Below, piece after piece: positions 49,772-62,737 of a stretch of 64,000 nucleotides of DNA. The notes beneath the pieces are model-generated. The model worked only from the letters and a program-made list of their open reading frames with translations. It ran no database searches and was not told where the DNA came from. Position 1 is the stretch's first letter. Every line of letters starts with the position of its first letter. This stretch comes from Lama guanicoe. Its lineage: Eukaryota. The translations under genes were made by a program, and so were the position numbers. The stretch is taken from positions 1,544,974 to 1,608,973 of the forward strand of contig MU053379.1 of the NCBI GenBank assembly GCA_013239625.1, given 5' to 3'.

Positions 49772-51616
49772 GGTTTCTGGTCTGGTATGCAAGGAGCTTA
49801 GAAGTCATCACTTCGTTTTAACAACTAGTAAAAAGCTGAACAAACTGGAACATCAACAACTCTTCTTAGAGTCAACAGAGAAGTGATTCACAGAGCAACC
49901 TGCTGCCCCTTAAATTAGAGAGATGGCGAGGTGGCTACAGAGAACCACAGCTTACTGGAGCAGAAACATCCATGGGAACCGGCTCCAGGGTAGGAAAACC
50001 TGAACTGTAATTGACGAACCTCTGGCAGCTTGGTGTGGACAATTCTGAGAAGTAAGAACTTCAGGAGAAGGCAGTCTTGGGGAGGATCTCACACTTGAGA
50101 ATTTTAACTCCAGAAACTCTGCCAGTTTCTCACAGTGAAGGATGGAGGAAAAGTTGATGAAATAAATCAAAGAATGAAAGAAATGGAGAGATACTCCATG
50201 TTCACAGGTAGGAGCTCAGTATAGTCAAGCTGTCAGCTCTAAATCCATCCATAGATTTAAGACAATCTCAATCAAAATCCCAGCAGGTTATTTTGTGGAT
50301 ACTAACAAACAGAGTCTAAAGTTTACATGGGGAGTAGACAGGTATAAAGCTCAGAATAGCCAACACAATTTTTCAAGAGTAGGACAAAGTTGGAGGGCTA
50401 TTGTTTTTAGATATAACGCCAAAGGCAAGATCTGTTAAAGAAATAATTGGTAAGCTGGGAGTCATTAAAACTAAAAACTTCTGCTCTGTGAATAATACTG
50501 TCAAGAAAGCGAGAAGACAAGCCACAGACGGGGAGGACAGATTTGCAAAAGGCATATTTGATAAAAGACTATTGTCCAAAACATACAGAGAACTCTTAGA
50601 GCTCATGAGGAAATGAACAACCAGATTAAAAATGGGCCAAAGATCAGAATAGACACATCACCAAAGAAGAGGTACAGATGGCAAATAAGCATCTGAAAAG
50701 ATGCTCCACATCATATGTCAGGAGGGAAATGCGAATTAAAACAACAGTGAGACACCACTACACACCTGTTAGAATGACCAAAATCCTGAACGCTGACGAC
50801 ACCAAATGCTGGCAAGGATGTGGAGCAACAGGAAGTCCCTCTCACTTCTGGTGGGAATGCACAGTGGTACAGCCACTTTGGAAAGCAGTTTGGTTGTTTC
50901 TTACAAAATTAAACATACTCTTACCATACAGTCCAGCACTCCCACTCTTGGTATTCACCCAGAGGAGCTGAAAACTCATGAACGCAAAAACCTGCACATG
51001 GCTGTTTATAGCAAATGTACTCATAATTGCCAGAACTTGCAAGCAACCAACTTGCCCTTCAGTAGGTGAGTGGAGAAATAAACTGTGGCACATGCTGGCA
51101 AAGGAATCTTATTTAGCAATGAAAGAAATGAGCTATCAAACCATGAGAAGACATGGAGGAAACTTAAATGCATATCACTGAGTGAAAGAAGCCAATCTGA
51201 AAAGGCTGCCTACTGTATGATTCCAATTAGATGACATTATCCAAAAGGAAAAATATGGAGACAAAAAAAAGATCAGTGGTTGCCAAGGGTTACGGGGAAG
51301 GGAGGTGTGACTCGGCAGAACAAAGATGATTTTTACGAAAGTGGAACTGCTCTGTGTGGTACTGTAATGGTGGGGACGTGTTATTACACATTGGTCCAAA
51401 CCCATGGAATGTACACCACCTGTGGATGCCGGGTGATTATGATGTGTTAATTTGGGTTCTTCAGTTGTAGCAAATGTACCACTTTGGTGGGGGATGTTGA
51501 TTGTCGGGGAGGCTGTGCGTGTGCAGGGACAGGGGCTGTACGGGAAATCTCTGCACCTTCCACTCAATTGCTGTGAACCTAAAACTCCTCTAAAAATATA
51601 AGTATATTTTTTAAAA
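49772..51616 (+). mobile_element. L1MC-type LINE-1 retaining 5' and 3' ends, with two large internal deletions
   Basis: 5'-end-like sequence (aaaaagctgaacaaactg, gggtaggaaaacctgaactgtaattgacgaa) to ~50152; late ORF2 pieces 50153-50400 and 50401-51200 (MFLDITPKARSVKE, MANKHLKRCSTS); L1MC1-like 3'UTR. Confidence 0.75.
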
Positions 51617-51693
51617 AGTCACCCAAAATGAACTCACGCACCGTGTTAACAGTGCTTTATTTCTGCCCTTGGAGTGAAGAAGGCTTGTACCTA

Positions 51694-51935
51694 ATTTTTT
51701 TTTAATTGAGAGATAGTTGATTTGCAACATTGTGTTAGTTTCTAGTGTACAGAATAGTGATTCATTTATACATATTTGTATTCATTTTCATATTCTTTTA
51801 AGTTATACGTCATTACAGATATTGGATACAGTTGCCTGTGCTCTGCAGTAGGACCCTGTTTGCCTATTGTGTGTGTAGGAGTTTGCATCTGCTAATCCCA
51901 GACTCCTGATTTATCCCTCTCCTCCGCTTTCTCCT
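51694..51935 (-). mobile_element. 5'-truncated artiodactyl-type L1 3' end
   Basis: tttaattgagatatagttgatttgcaacattgtgttagtttctagtgtacag ... tttgcatctgctaatccca. Confidence 0.85.
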
Positions 51936-52194
51936 TGATACCTCGTTCTTGATATTTTCAAGTTTGAAATACAAAATCTGAAAGATGTTTACACCCCCAC
52001 ATATGAGGACAGTAGCACGTACTTTCCTTTATGCGTCAGTGTTCCGAAGAGAGCTGGAGAGGGAAATGAGATGACGGTCACCCGGTGTTGCACCACGAGG
52101 TTAACGCCTTAGAGGGGGTTGCCGGCCCGTGTGGTTTATCGGTTCACGTGGACAGAGGGGAAAAGGATGGGGCTGACATTGCTGAGATATACTG

Positions 52195-52440
52195 TCTACC
52201 TTAGTTTTATTTCCTCTAGAAGGAAAGCGTGAGACAAGGGTTCAAGTGCTTTATTTGGGTGGGGGGGGGGAACCCCAGGAGAGGAGTCAGGAGAGGGTGC
52301 AAGGAAGGGAAAGCAACCAGGAGAGGGCTTGCCATCGACTCAGCCACCACTGTGGGCACCTAGGGCTTGAGTCTGCTGGGGACGGCTAGAAGAGGCTAGA
52401 AGGGTTATTGTACTCAAGGGGAAAGGGAGCTGGGATGTTA
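52195..52440 (-). mobile_element. LTR16-like ERVL LTR fragment
   Basis: tgagacaagggttcaagtgctttatttggg ... ccaccactgtgggcacctagggcttgagtctgctggggac. Confidence 0.6.
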
Positions 52441-53084
52441 AAAAATTAGCCTCTAACACTTGTCAGTGCTGCACCAGGTGTGTTTGTGGAGGGAGAAGGA
52501 ATGACTGGATTTGTCTGGGGCCTGGGCTGGTGGGTCAGGAAGACTAAGGAAGTGATGTTAAAGGGGGGTCTTGGTGAAAAGAGAGGAAGAGTCATCCAGA
52601 AAGAATAGATAGCATGGCCAAGGGGAAGCGGGAACAGCATGGCGAGTCCAGAGGACGGTGCAGTGTCTGTTCATCTGGCCATCTGGTCATCCAGTCATCT
52701 GGTCACCTCACACTGTAGAAGCCTGGGCTCGAGAAAGGGCAGGGAGTGGAGGGATGGGCTGCAGCCGGTCACAGAGGGTCTCGTTCTCATTCATCTGGAA
52801 TTTATCCTGTAAGCCAGGGGGAGGCATGGAAGGGTTTTAAATAAGGTCAGCTTTGCCTTTTAGAAACATCTTTTGGGCCATGGTGGAGATGGAGCGTGGG
52901 AGGGACACGGAGGCAGAGCAGCTGGCCGGAGAGGGTGAAGAGGTCCTGGGAGAGCTGGGGGAGGAGAGTGGCAGGAGGAAGGGATGCAGGAGTCTGGGGT
53001 GGGGACACACCGGAGACGGAGGCCTTGCGACAGCTTCACCTTTTAAAGTAATGACAGCAATGCTATGAGGTGGTGCTTGATTTC

Positions 53085-53745
53085 TTTTTAACTTAAAACT
53101 TTGGAAGCAATTTCAGATCTACAGAAAACATGTAAGAATATTTTTCCTGACTGAGAATAAGTCACAGACATGCTCTCCCTCTGCTCCTTTATTCTTTACC
53201 CCTTTAATCTTCAGAGTATATTTCTCCAAAACAAAAATCCTCTTAGAGGACCGTTACCCAGTCATAAACATCAGGAAATTAAGCGTTTATAGAATACTGC
53301 CCTGCATATAGGCATCATTTGGATTTCAGTCCTTTACAGCAGGGAAAAAAAAAAAACCCTGGCTCCAACACTGCAGTCAGTTGTCAGGTCTTTTAAATCT
53401 CCCACAGTCAGGAACGTTTTGTCCTTCATCGCCTTGACGTTTTTGAAGAGTGTAGGCCGGTTCTGTTGTAGCCTGTTCCTCGTTTGGAGTTTCTCCGATG
53501 TCTCCCCACGATGTGATTCAGGTTGTGTGCTGTGGGCAGGAGTTCACAGAGGCGCGCGCTGCCAGGAAGCCCCGGGCTCCGATCTGTCTCATTACAGGGG
53601 GAGGGGCTGATAACGTGGGTCACTCAGCTAAGGGGGTGTCTGCCAGGCTTCTCCCCTACGAAGTGGCTAATTTGCCCCTTGTAATTCATAAGTATCTCGT
53701 GGAAGATACTTTGAGACTGGCCAAACATCCTGTTACTCCTCAGAC
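53085..53745 (-). mobile_element. old L1MC4/5-like 3' fragment
   Basis: aatttcagatctacagaaaa ... catcaggaaattaa ... ttgacgtttttgaagagtgtaggccgg ... gaagatactttgagact. Confidence 0.75.
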
Positions 53746-54300
53746 TGTCCCCTTGAGATGGTTATTTTTAACCCACACTTTCCAGCTGCAGAAACTGAGG
53801 CTCAGAGAAATGAAGTGGCCTGTCCAGCAAATGGAATTTCCTGACTGCAGATCATGCCTCTGTGTCTTCTCTGCTCCTGGATTAACAGTGTCAGTTCCTA
53901 AAACCATCGTCCCTGGTGTGGCCGATGCTGCCAGCGCCTCAGCCTGTCCCCTCAGCACAGAGGCTCGGCCTCCCTCCCAGGTCCCAGCACCTGAGGGCCC
54001 TGCATGGCCACGGCAGCTGTTTTCCACCCTCCCCGAAAGCCACTGGGGAGATGGGGTCTTCTGAGCACCAGCCGCCACAGTCCTCACTCAGCCCTGCCAT
54101 GAACGCTGTGCCCAGCTCACCACAGCCTGGTGAATTGGCTTTGCAGTTACGTAACTCTTACCAAGGTCGGTTCCAAATGAAGGCCCATTTCTGTCAGCTG
54201 GAGGTCGAGGCACATGGCTGCCAGCGTGTGACCACCTCTCCCTCTCTGCAGCCATTGTCTTCACACACTCGCTTGCAGCACGAAGGAAACTCCTCCCCTT

Positions 54301-54342
54301 CCTCCACTGCTGTCCTCCCCCCCTCCACCGCTGTCCTCCCCC
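54301..54342 (+). repeat. 21-bp tandem duplication
   Basis: cctccactgctgtcctccccc / cctccaccgctgtcctccccc. Confidence 0.85.
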
Positions 54343-57300
54343 CAGCCCAGATGTCACCTGGGGTCACAGGTACGTGGGGTTTCTCTGCATGGAGTCCAAG
54401 ATGGTTTCTCACCTGGCCGCCAGGTGGGAGCTCAGCTGGGCTGGCGGCCAGGGTGCCTCCGGGAGGCCTCTGCAGCTCGGTGGTCTCCAGGCAGATGGCT
54501 TGTTAGCCGGCAGCTGTCCCCACTCCCCCCTTCCCCAGGGCAAGCGTCCCATGAGGACCCTGAGGGGCTGCAGGACTTCTCCCACCTGGCCTGGTAGGGA
54601 CTCCGCCTCTCTGCAGAATAACAAATGAGTCCCTGGGGTGAGCCCACTGGAGGGCAGGGGAGCAGACCCCAGCTCTGAGGGAGGGGTGCTGAGCAGTTTG
54701 CAGACACGCTCCCGAGCCATGATGATGGTGGCGTGATTTCCATGTTCTCTGTGCCTTCATAGATGTTTTGGTGGAAAAGTGCGAGACTCTACTTTTGTCA
54801 TGTTTAGGGGAAGAGCCCTCCCCTGCTGGTTGTGGGGGGCCTGGGCTGCGCTCCTGGTGGTGGAAGGGAGGCCCGGTCCAGGCCGCAGCAGAGGCCTTCC
54901 TGTTGGCCTGTCCGACTCGCAGGGGACACAGGAGAAGGCAGCTGGGGGCATCGTCACCTAAACAAGGACTGACTGAAGCCTGGAGCAGACCTGAGGGCCT
55001 GCACTAATGAGCTGCTGGGCCCCTGGACCACACTTTGGAGAGGAGGGGGCCGAACCGGGGCTGTGGGCATGTCCTGTGTGGGACGTAGGCCAAGAGTGGA
55101 CTTTACTGCAGAGCTCAAAACGTTTCTGATCCCCGATCCAAGCCGTATGGAGTCTGCGAGGTTTCTGCTCTGTGGTTTGTCCCAGCTCCTGTGACGGATC
55201 TGGGGCCCTTGGGGGCACCCCGAGCTGGGCTGCACCGCCAGGGATGGCTGAGAAGACTCTCCCCACCCTTGACTTGACTCCTTGAACTTTCACCTCTCTG
55301 ACCCCCCTTCCCCCCCGCCAGCCCCACCAGCCCTCCTCGGTGCTGAAACTTCAGGGGGTGTGTCCAGACGTTCACCCCCAAGCGGGGGCTGGCGAGGGCT
55401 GGGGGGAGGGTGAGGGGGGCGACTGCTGCTGTCCCCGGGGGGGGGGTTGGGGGAAGAGGCCCATCTGACCTTGGGGAGTAGGGTCTGAAGGAGAAGGCTG
55501 ACCTTTCACCCTGCCAAGGTTAATTTCCCACACTTACATCTATACGTAGCTGTGGTCATTTAAAGCGAGGCCCGCAGTCCTCTGACACTCCTCCCGCTGA
55601 GAGGCAGGGTCTGTGCTCCCTTCCCTTCTCCTGCTTCTGTGCCTGTTTGACCAGGAGAGCACAGCCGAAGTGACGTGGTGCCAGTTCTCTGACCCAGGCC
55701 GTTTCTTCTCCCTGTCTCTTGGGGACTGCCCTTCCGAACCCAGCTGCCAGGCTGCGAGGAGGCCCAGTGGCCTGGGAGGGGCCACGGGGACAGGATCCAA
55801 GGCCACCGGCCACCCCGGCTGAGCTCCCAGCTGACAGAAGCCCCACCTGGGAACGAGGGGAGCGGGTCATAATCAGCGTGGACCCCCCCCCCCGGCCTCC
55901 AGGGAGGAGCTGCCCCAGCGCCGCCCGCCCAAGCTGCAGACTTGTGAGCAGAACAGTTATTTGTGGTTGTTTTAGGTCACGGTTTTCCTGAAGCAGCGAT
56001 GGAGAACTGGGGCACCTACCCTGAAAGGTCTCTCTCGCTGGCTCACACGAGGCTCCCAACGGCGCTCCCAGGCCTGGGAGTGTCAGCACTCAGGAAACGC
56101 AGGGTGACAGAGACGGAACGCAAGCCTCTCCTGCCGCAGCTGGACGGGGAGGCCTCGCCGAAACTGCTCGCCCACCCTTTGCCATTTCGCCCTGCTCTGG
56201 GGCGGTCCCACCCCACCGGCAGCAGCACTCAGAGGCCAGGGGAAAATACATGTCACAAAAACAAGGCATGCTGACCACTCAGCAGTGTTCGATTCTGTGT
56301 AGAAGCCATCAGGAGAGACCCGGCTCCTCCAGTGTCCTCAGTGGAGCCACGGAATTCGATGGGCTGATCCTCTTAGAAACGGGCTCGGGTGGTGAGGTTC
56401 ATGTCCTAGCACTCGGGGGTCTGGGCCGTGCGCTCCTGTGCCCTGGTGCTCCTTGCTCTGAAGCTGCCCCTTGGGTGTGCCTTTGCAGGGGGTCTGCTGT
56501 AGATGCATTTCAGGGGTATGTTTACAGCACACAGTGAGCTTGTTAAACTGCCCTCCCTCACCCACAGTGGTGACCTCTATCAGCCATTTTTGCCCACTAC
56601 GACCCCACCTCTCAGGGCACGGCAGATCACCCTGGGGGTATGTGAGTGTGAGAATGGGGGCAGGGGCACCGAGTCCCAACTGTCTGTCTCAGAGGGTGGT
56701 GGGGAGGCAGGAAGGTCCTATGGCTCAAAGGGGAGAGAAGGGTGCAGCCACGCGCAGAGAGAAGCAGGGGCTGGCGGTGGAGAGAAATCCTGCCCGGGTC
56801 TCCGGGGTTCTGTTCCAGCCCTTCCCAGCCTGACCTTTCTTGCTTGGGACCCCCTGGATCCTAGTGCCGAGCCTCCTGTGTGACTGATGCTAGCTGGAGT
56901 CCATTTCTGTCATTTTCCACCACACTGTCGCGTACAGACCTGCTTTCCCAGTCACTCTCCTCGATTTGTGGACATGAAATGGGCCATGAGCTGTGATCTG
57001 GGATGATGCTTACCCGTGTTTGCTGAACTCTTGGCTAGTTTCAGGGGAGACAGACGAGCAGCACAGGGGCCTGCTCTGTGCTCCATCTGCCCAGTCCCTG
57101 TGAGTCTGCAGAAAAATGCATTGTGGGAAGATCCTGCACCCTCTCAAAGGACAAGCTACCATGGCAACCATGGATGCCGGGTCCCGAGTGTACCAAATTT
57201 CCATGCTTTTAGTACCAAAGAAGAAAATCAAAAAGCCACCTAAATTTGCTTTCTCCCTTCAAAGGTTATTTTTTATGGAGGAAAAAGTAAAATCAAGGTC

Positions 57301-58280
57301 ACAGAATTCTTTTTTGTAAGGTAGATTTGGGGACATAGGTTGACCTTTTGAGCAGGTGGAGAGGTCCACATCAAAACACAAAAATGACTAAAGCTCTGAG
57401 AGGATTGGACGAAGGCCAAGTTATGCTTTTATTTAAGATTCCATCAGTGCCAAGGGCAGAGGTGACTCACAGACTAATTCACCAAGCAGGCGGTTACCCC
57501 ATGCTTGCTGAGCCCTGGCGCTAACCCGGCCAAGGGAGTCCAGGCGTGTGTGGGACACAGGCTCTGCCCAGTGCATCTGGTAGAGCCTCGTCTTCCATTA
57601 GCAGTGTCAACAGAAGGCCACGTGCCCGGCTGCTCTTTGCTCGGAGCTTGACGAGGCAGGAGGAAGCGTGACACAGTGCTCACTCCCTCCAGGGCCGCCT
57701 CATCCCCGCGGGCTAAGAAAGCTTGTATAAAACGAGAGGCTCCAGCACAAAGCGTGTCCCAAGTTTACGAAGGTGGTGCAGGTAAGCCCTGTCTCTGGGG
57801 CTCAAGAGGGCGGGCTAGGTTGGCTGGAGTGATCTGGGAGGGCTTCACTGAGGAGGCAAGTCTTGACTTGTCCCTTTGATGAGAGATTTTTGTTGGGCAG
57901 AGAGAGGGATGGAGGGTATTCCCAGGGGAGCGTGTTGAAGGTGACCCAGTTGAGCCTGACTGGCGTCTGGACTGGGAAGCCCTTCTGGGTGTGGACTGTG
58001 GGGGCCTGGAAGGCTCAGAGGGCTGGATCTTGCTCTTCAGGGAATGGTAAGCCGCGGCAAGTTTTGGAATAAAGAGTGGCTTTATTTAAAACTCAGCTCC
58101 ATAAAGCTGAGCCCACGAGGAGCTGACAGCGTGGGGCGAGTGCTGGGTACTTTAACGAGTGACAGGACCCTCTTTAAATGATCTGCCAACAAAAGCTGTG
58201 GTTGGAAATCTGCAGTCATCTTGCTTCCCGGGTCTTCAGGGCAGGGTTTTCTTTTGGGGGACTGATTTTATTATCTGACG

Positions 58281-58806
58281 TGATGGGGTTCAGGGCACAC
58301 TGCCCCAAAGATGGCCCCTTGGCATACGGACTAGCCCAAGCTGGAGGAGTAGAGAAGACGGCCGAAGCAGGAAGGCCACCGTGGCCCACCTGCTCTCCCT
58401 TCTTCCCTGAGATCGGTCATAGGACTCCCGTGTGCAAGATGCCCTCCCTGTGCCAGGAGGAGGGAAGACGTCTTTAGCACCAGAGATGGGGAATTTGGGA
58501 GCCAAGAAACCTGTACAAACAAACCTTATTACACTCACTCTTCTCTTTACCACTTACTCCCCGAGCCCAAACCCTTTGCCTTGTCAGTGCTTCACAAATG
58601 TATTGTTTCTTCAACTACAAGGTATCAAAGCTGCCTGCTCTGCTCACGTCGCCAGGTCTTCGTTCTCTTGTGAAGGCTCCTGTGCACGTGTAAAAATTCC
58701 ATAATACTTGTATGCTTTGCTCCTGTTGATCTGTCTTTGTCAGTTTAATTTTTGGACCCAGATGGGGCCCCTAAGAGAGTCGAGGAAAACTTTTTCCTCC
58801 CTTACA
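58281..58806 (+). mobile_element. MER34-family ERV1 solo LTR
   Basis: tgatggggttcagggcacactgccccaaagatggccccttggcata ... tgaaggctcctgtgcacg ... ctcctgttgatctgtctttgtcagtttaattt ... tttttcctcccttaca; TG..CA termini. Confidence 0.85.
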
Positions 58807-59009
58807 CATGCCAGTACCCTTTGTAAAACCCCCAGTGACTAAGGGCATGCCTGGGGAGGCGCAGTAGCGAGTGAACCTGGCCTGAGCGAGGCCACTGTAG
58901 GGCCCAAGAAACAGTGTCGGGCCGTGTCCACCCAGGGGAGAGGACAAGGGTAGTCACATCACTCAGAGGGCTCGGGAACCCCAGCTGTCAAGGCGCGGAA
59001 ACCTCGCAG

Positions 59010-59462
59010 GGCTGCATGTGGGCCAGTGCCCTGCCCATCTGCCTCCGGGCCACTGTTCAGTGCATGCTGGGGGTTTCTCACTGCAGGTGCCTCCAGCTGT
59101 CCACCTGAGGGCCCTCTCCTGCATGCTTGGTCAAGGTGGGCAGGAAGAAGTGAACGTCCCCTGGGAACAGCCCTCAACCAACCATGATGGTATTTGATGG
59201 ACGCACCCCACGTCCTCACCCCGTCCCCAAGGTGGGACAGCTCTGCGCCGAGTGGCACGCTGCCTCCGAGTGCTCAGCCTGCTTGATCTCGGTTGCCCAC
59301 AGGGTGTCCTGACTCGTCCCACCTTCTCTGTCAGGTGGCTTCCCTTCCTGGCCTCACTTCCCCATTCCTGTCATGGTACTTCCTGGGACCACCTCCCAGA
59401 TAAACTGCTTACACTCAAATTCTCATGTCAGGGTCAGTTTCTGGGGGATCCCAACTCAAGAT
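59010..59462 (+). mobile_element. LTR16-like ERVL LTR
   Basis: gggaacagccctcaaccaa ... ggtgggacagctctg ... ttcctgggaccacctcccagataaactgcttacactcaaat ... tttctgggggatcccaactcaaga. Confidence 0.8.
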
Positions 59463-61224
59463 GAATCAATCAAAACCAGATCCTCTGATATCCTGCATCC
59501 TTTAGCATCAGGCAAGTTGGATTCACTGCTCTTTGGAGCCTGAGTCCACCTTGGGTCTGCTTGTCCAGCTGCAAGTAAGTTACCAGTGGCTTGCTGTGGG
59601 ACATCCCCCAAGTCCCACGCCTGCTCGGGCCACTGCGTTCCCTCTGAGTGCTGTGGCATCGTCGGGGTTCTGTCAGCCGGGACGAAGTGCAGGGAGGGAC
59701 AGTCTGTGAGAACCAGCTTTGCCCTGTTTGGCGGCTCTGTGGGTGGAGGGTGCATGGTTGCCGCGCAGCATTTGGAGGTAAAGCCAGATCCAGGGATGCG
59801 GGGTAAGCGGCACAAAGCCTCGGTCATATCTGTTGGAACCTAACCTCGTCTTGTCCCTCCTGTGTTGAGGATGAATTTCAGGCTCACTGCTTCAGGGCTT
59901 TGAAAGTCTTTTTCTAGCCATGACTCAGTTTTCCAAAAAGCTAACATCCCCATCCTGGAACCCAGGACCCTCCATAGCTACTTTGTTTCTGAAACTTTCA
60001 CCCTGGCAAGTTGGAAAATGTAAAGCCAGCAAAGAATGAATCTAATTAAAGCAAATTAGGGAGGACTCTTAAATCCTACCAAGCCACTTGTCTGCACACC
60101 TGGGACCAGCAATTTTTGGTGCATGTGAGTAAAAGTAATTTATTAGCTCCCTTGTCTGAGTTTCTCTTTCTGAGCCTGACTCTCCCGTGGCTCCCCAGAG
60201 AGGAAAGCCAGTGGGACTGAAATGATTTCAGGTAAGTGATCCCCAAGTAGGCAGATCAGACCAAGCCAGAGGACCTACAAACCAGCAAAGGTATATCAAA
60301 AGTCAGGCAGTATGTAATTATGAATTTTTAAGATCAAAAGTGGTTCTAAATAACCAGAAGTACCAGTACTGTTGCCCTTCGGGTGGCGCAATTGACAGAA
60401 GACCTGTGAGGGCATTTCTCTTGGGCAGTTTTAGTCCCAGTGATGGGTCCCTCTGTGAGGTCCGAGTTGAGCTCACATGCCAGCTTGTCTGAGCTTCTAA
60501 AACAGACCTTTACGGTCACGGCTGTCAGTGTGGAATCTTACCTATTTCTTTCCACATTATCTCTGGACTTGCGCTTATTGAGGGGGTAACTAGAAAACGT
60601 GTCCAGCACCGGAAGTTCTGGATGACATGCTGACAAGGGGAAAGGGTCCTCCCCTGAGATGGCGGGAGCCTTTGATGAAGGGGTGAACGTGACTTCTGTT
60701 GGGGAAGAGAGGGTTGGATAAAGGTGCCAGAGTGAGCGCACCAGCAAACCATGCCCCATTTTGCACCAGATCTCTAGAAATTCCAGGAAAGACATAAAAC
60801 ACATCCACTACCCCTCTGTAAGATTGCATGTATTACCTTACATGGACCTGAAATTGTGAGCGATGCATGAAAGTCAGAAAGGAGATGAAGTCAGATTGAA
60901 AGTGAAGGTCACCAATCAAAACATGTGCAGGTGAGGGTTCTTTCAACGTGGGAGCAGCCCAGGGGTGCTGCAGGGGGGCTCCAGCAGAGCGCCGAGCTTG
61001 CGGGTGGGGAGGCGGGGGGAAGGGTTCTTGGGGTCATCTGTCCAGGTGACTGATGGGGTCTTGCTCGAGCAGCCAAGTGGGCTGCCACCTAACTTCGTAA
61101 GTAGCAGCAGGCAGGTGGGAGCAGGGAGCATGGGTACTTGGGGAGGAGGGTGATGCACCAGGTAGCTGCTGATATTACGGGCTGACAAGCTATTGACATG
61201 TCAGCATAACAGCTTGTTACAAGT

Positions 61225-62100
61225 ATCTACCAAATACCTGGGGCATCTCCATCAAAGCTGGGAACAAGACAAGGACAGCACAATCGGCAATACTAGTAAG
61301 CATTACACTAGAGGCCAACACGATACGAGAGGTAAAAATGAGACATTTGGAAATGATACCATAACTTAGAAAATCAAAGAAAACCAAGTTATTAGAACCA
61401 GTGAGAGTTCTGTAAAGTGTTCTGATATAAGATCAACATAGAAAAATCAAAAGATTTCTTAAACCCTAGCAATAATAAACGAGAAAATGTAATACTGAAT
61501 GAGATTCCATAGCCACAAAACTAAAAACTATCTAGTAATAAATGTAACAACAAACGTGCAGAATCTATGTGAAAAGAATTACAAATCCTTATTAAACATC
61601 ACCAGCAGAGAGCTGAGTAAGTGAAGGGACTTGCCGTGTTTCTAGACTATCTCTTTTTCAGTTCTCACAAAATTAATCCATAAAATACAAACAAGATTTT
61701 AAAAAAGCATATGATGAAGTGTATTCTAGAGTTCTTGCCTTATCAGCTATAAAATAAGTCATGACATCATCCTATACATCATATACAGTAACTTAGAAGC
61801 CAAATGTACAAGTAACTATAAAAGTATTAGAGAAAATATGGGAACATTGTTAATAATCTTGAGATAGAATTTCCTTAAGCAAGACACAAAATGCATAAGG
61901 CATAATTGATAGATTTTGATAAATTATATCAAAATTAAAACTTCAGCATAAGTGGTGGCATAAAACCTTTGAATTACAACAATATAATGACCAGAAAATA
62001 TCTGTAACATACAGCAGTTAAATGATTACTTACTATGTAAAGCGCTCCAAAGAGCAACCTTAAAAAGCTAAAACAATGCTCCGCAAAAATGAGCATGGCT
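61225..62100 (+). mobile_element. highly decayed old L1 ORF2 fragments
   Basis: A-rich; gatataagatcaacatagaaaaatcaa, tataaaagtattagagaaaatatggg, atcaaaattaaaacttc. Confidence 0.65.
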
Positions 62101-62737
62101 TAACCACAAAATTACCATGTACTCTGAAGTGTAGCCAAAATACACTCCACTTTATTTCTCTATGCCTGATCTTATTGCTCCTGTGGGGACCCCATGATTT
62201 TGTCCTCTCTAGTCGGTGAATCAAGACACTCTGTGGACCAGCACACCGCGTGGTCTCTTTAGGTAGATGCCAGCCTCATCTGGATAAAATGCTTAGGCTT
62301 CCTTCCATCCCGGCCCGCTTCCTCCCTCAGGTGCGGCTGGGTGTGTGGGTGAGGTGGTGGCCTGTGTGGCCTCTGATGCTGAGGACAAGCAGAGGATCTG
62401 TTTGTTGACTTCTGGATGCTCCCTCGTGTTGCCTCAGTCCTTGGATTGATGACGCTCCAGATGCCACGGGTCCAGTGCCTGCGTCTTCCTTGCCCGCTGG
62501 CGTCTGCGGCTCGGGTCTGCACTGATGTCTTGGGTTCCGGTCTCTCTCTTTGGTCAGTGCCTGCAGCCTTTCTGGCTGGCCGGGCCCCACTCCCGCCCCC
62601 CCGAGGTCGGCCTGTGTTCTCGAGCCACGTGGCCCATCCCAGAGCCACTTCCCCTGGCCGGAGTGTCCTCCTCGCCCTTCGGCACGCTCCCCAGCTGGCC
62701 ACCCGGGTTCCTCTGAGTTCCATCAGTGCCACGTGTA

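Noticed and set aside
52672..52708. Short catctggt-like tandem repeats
   Set aside because: Simple degenerate 8-mer slippage with no spacers; not CRISPR-like.
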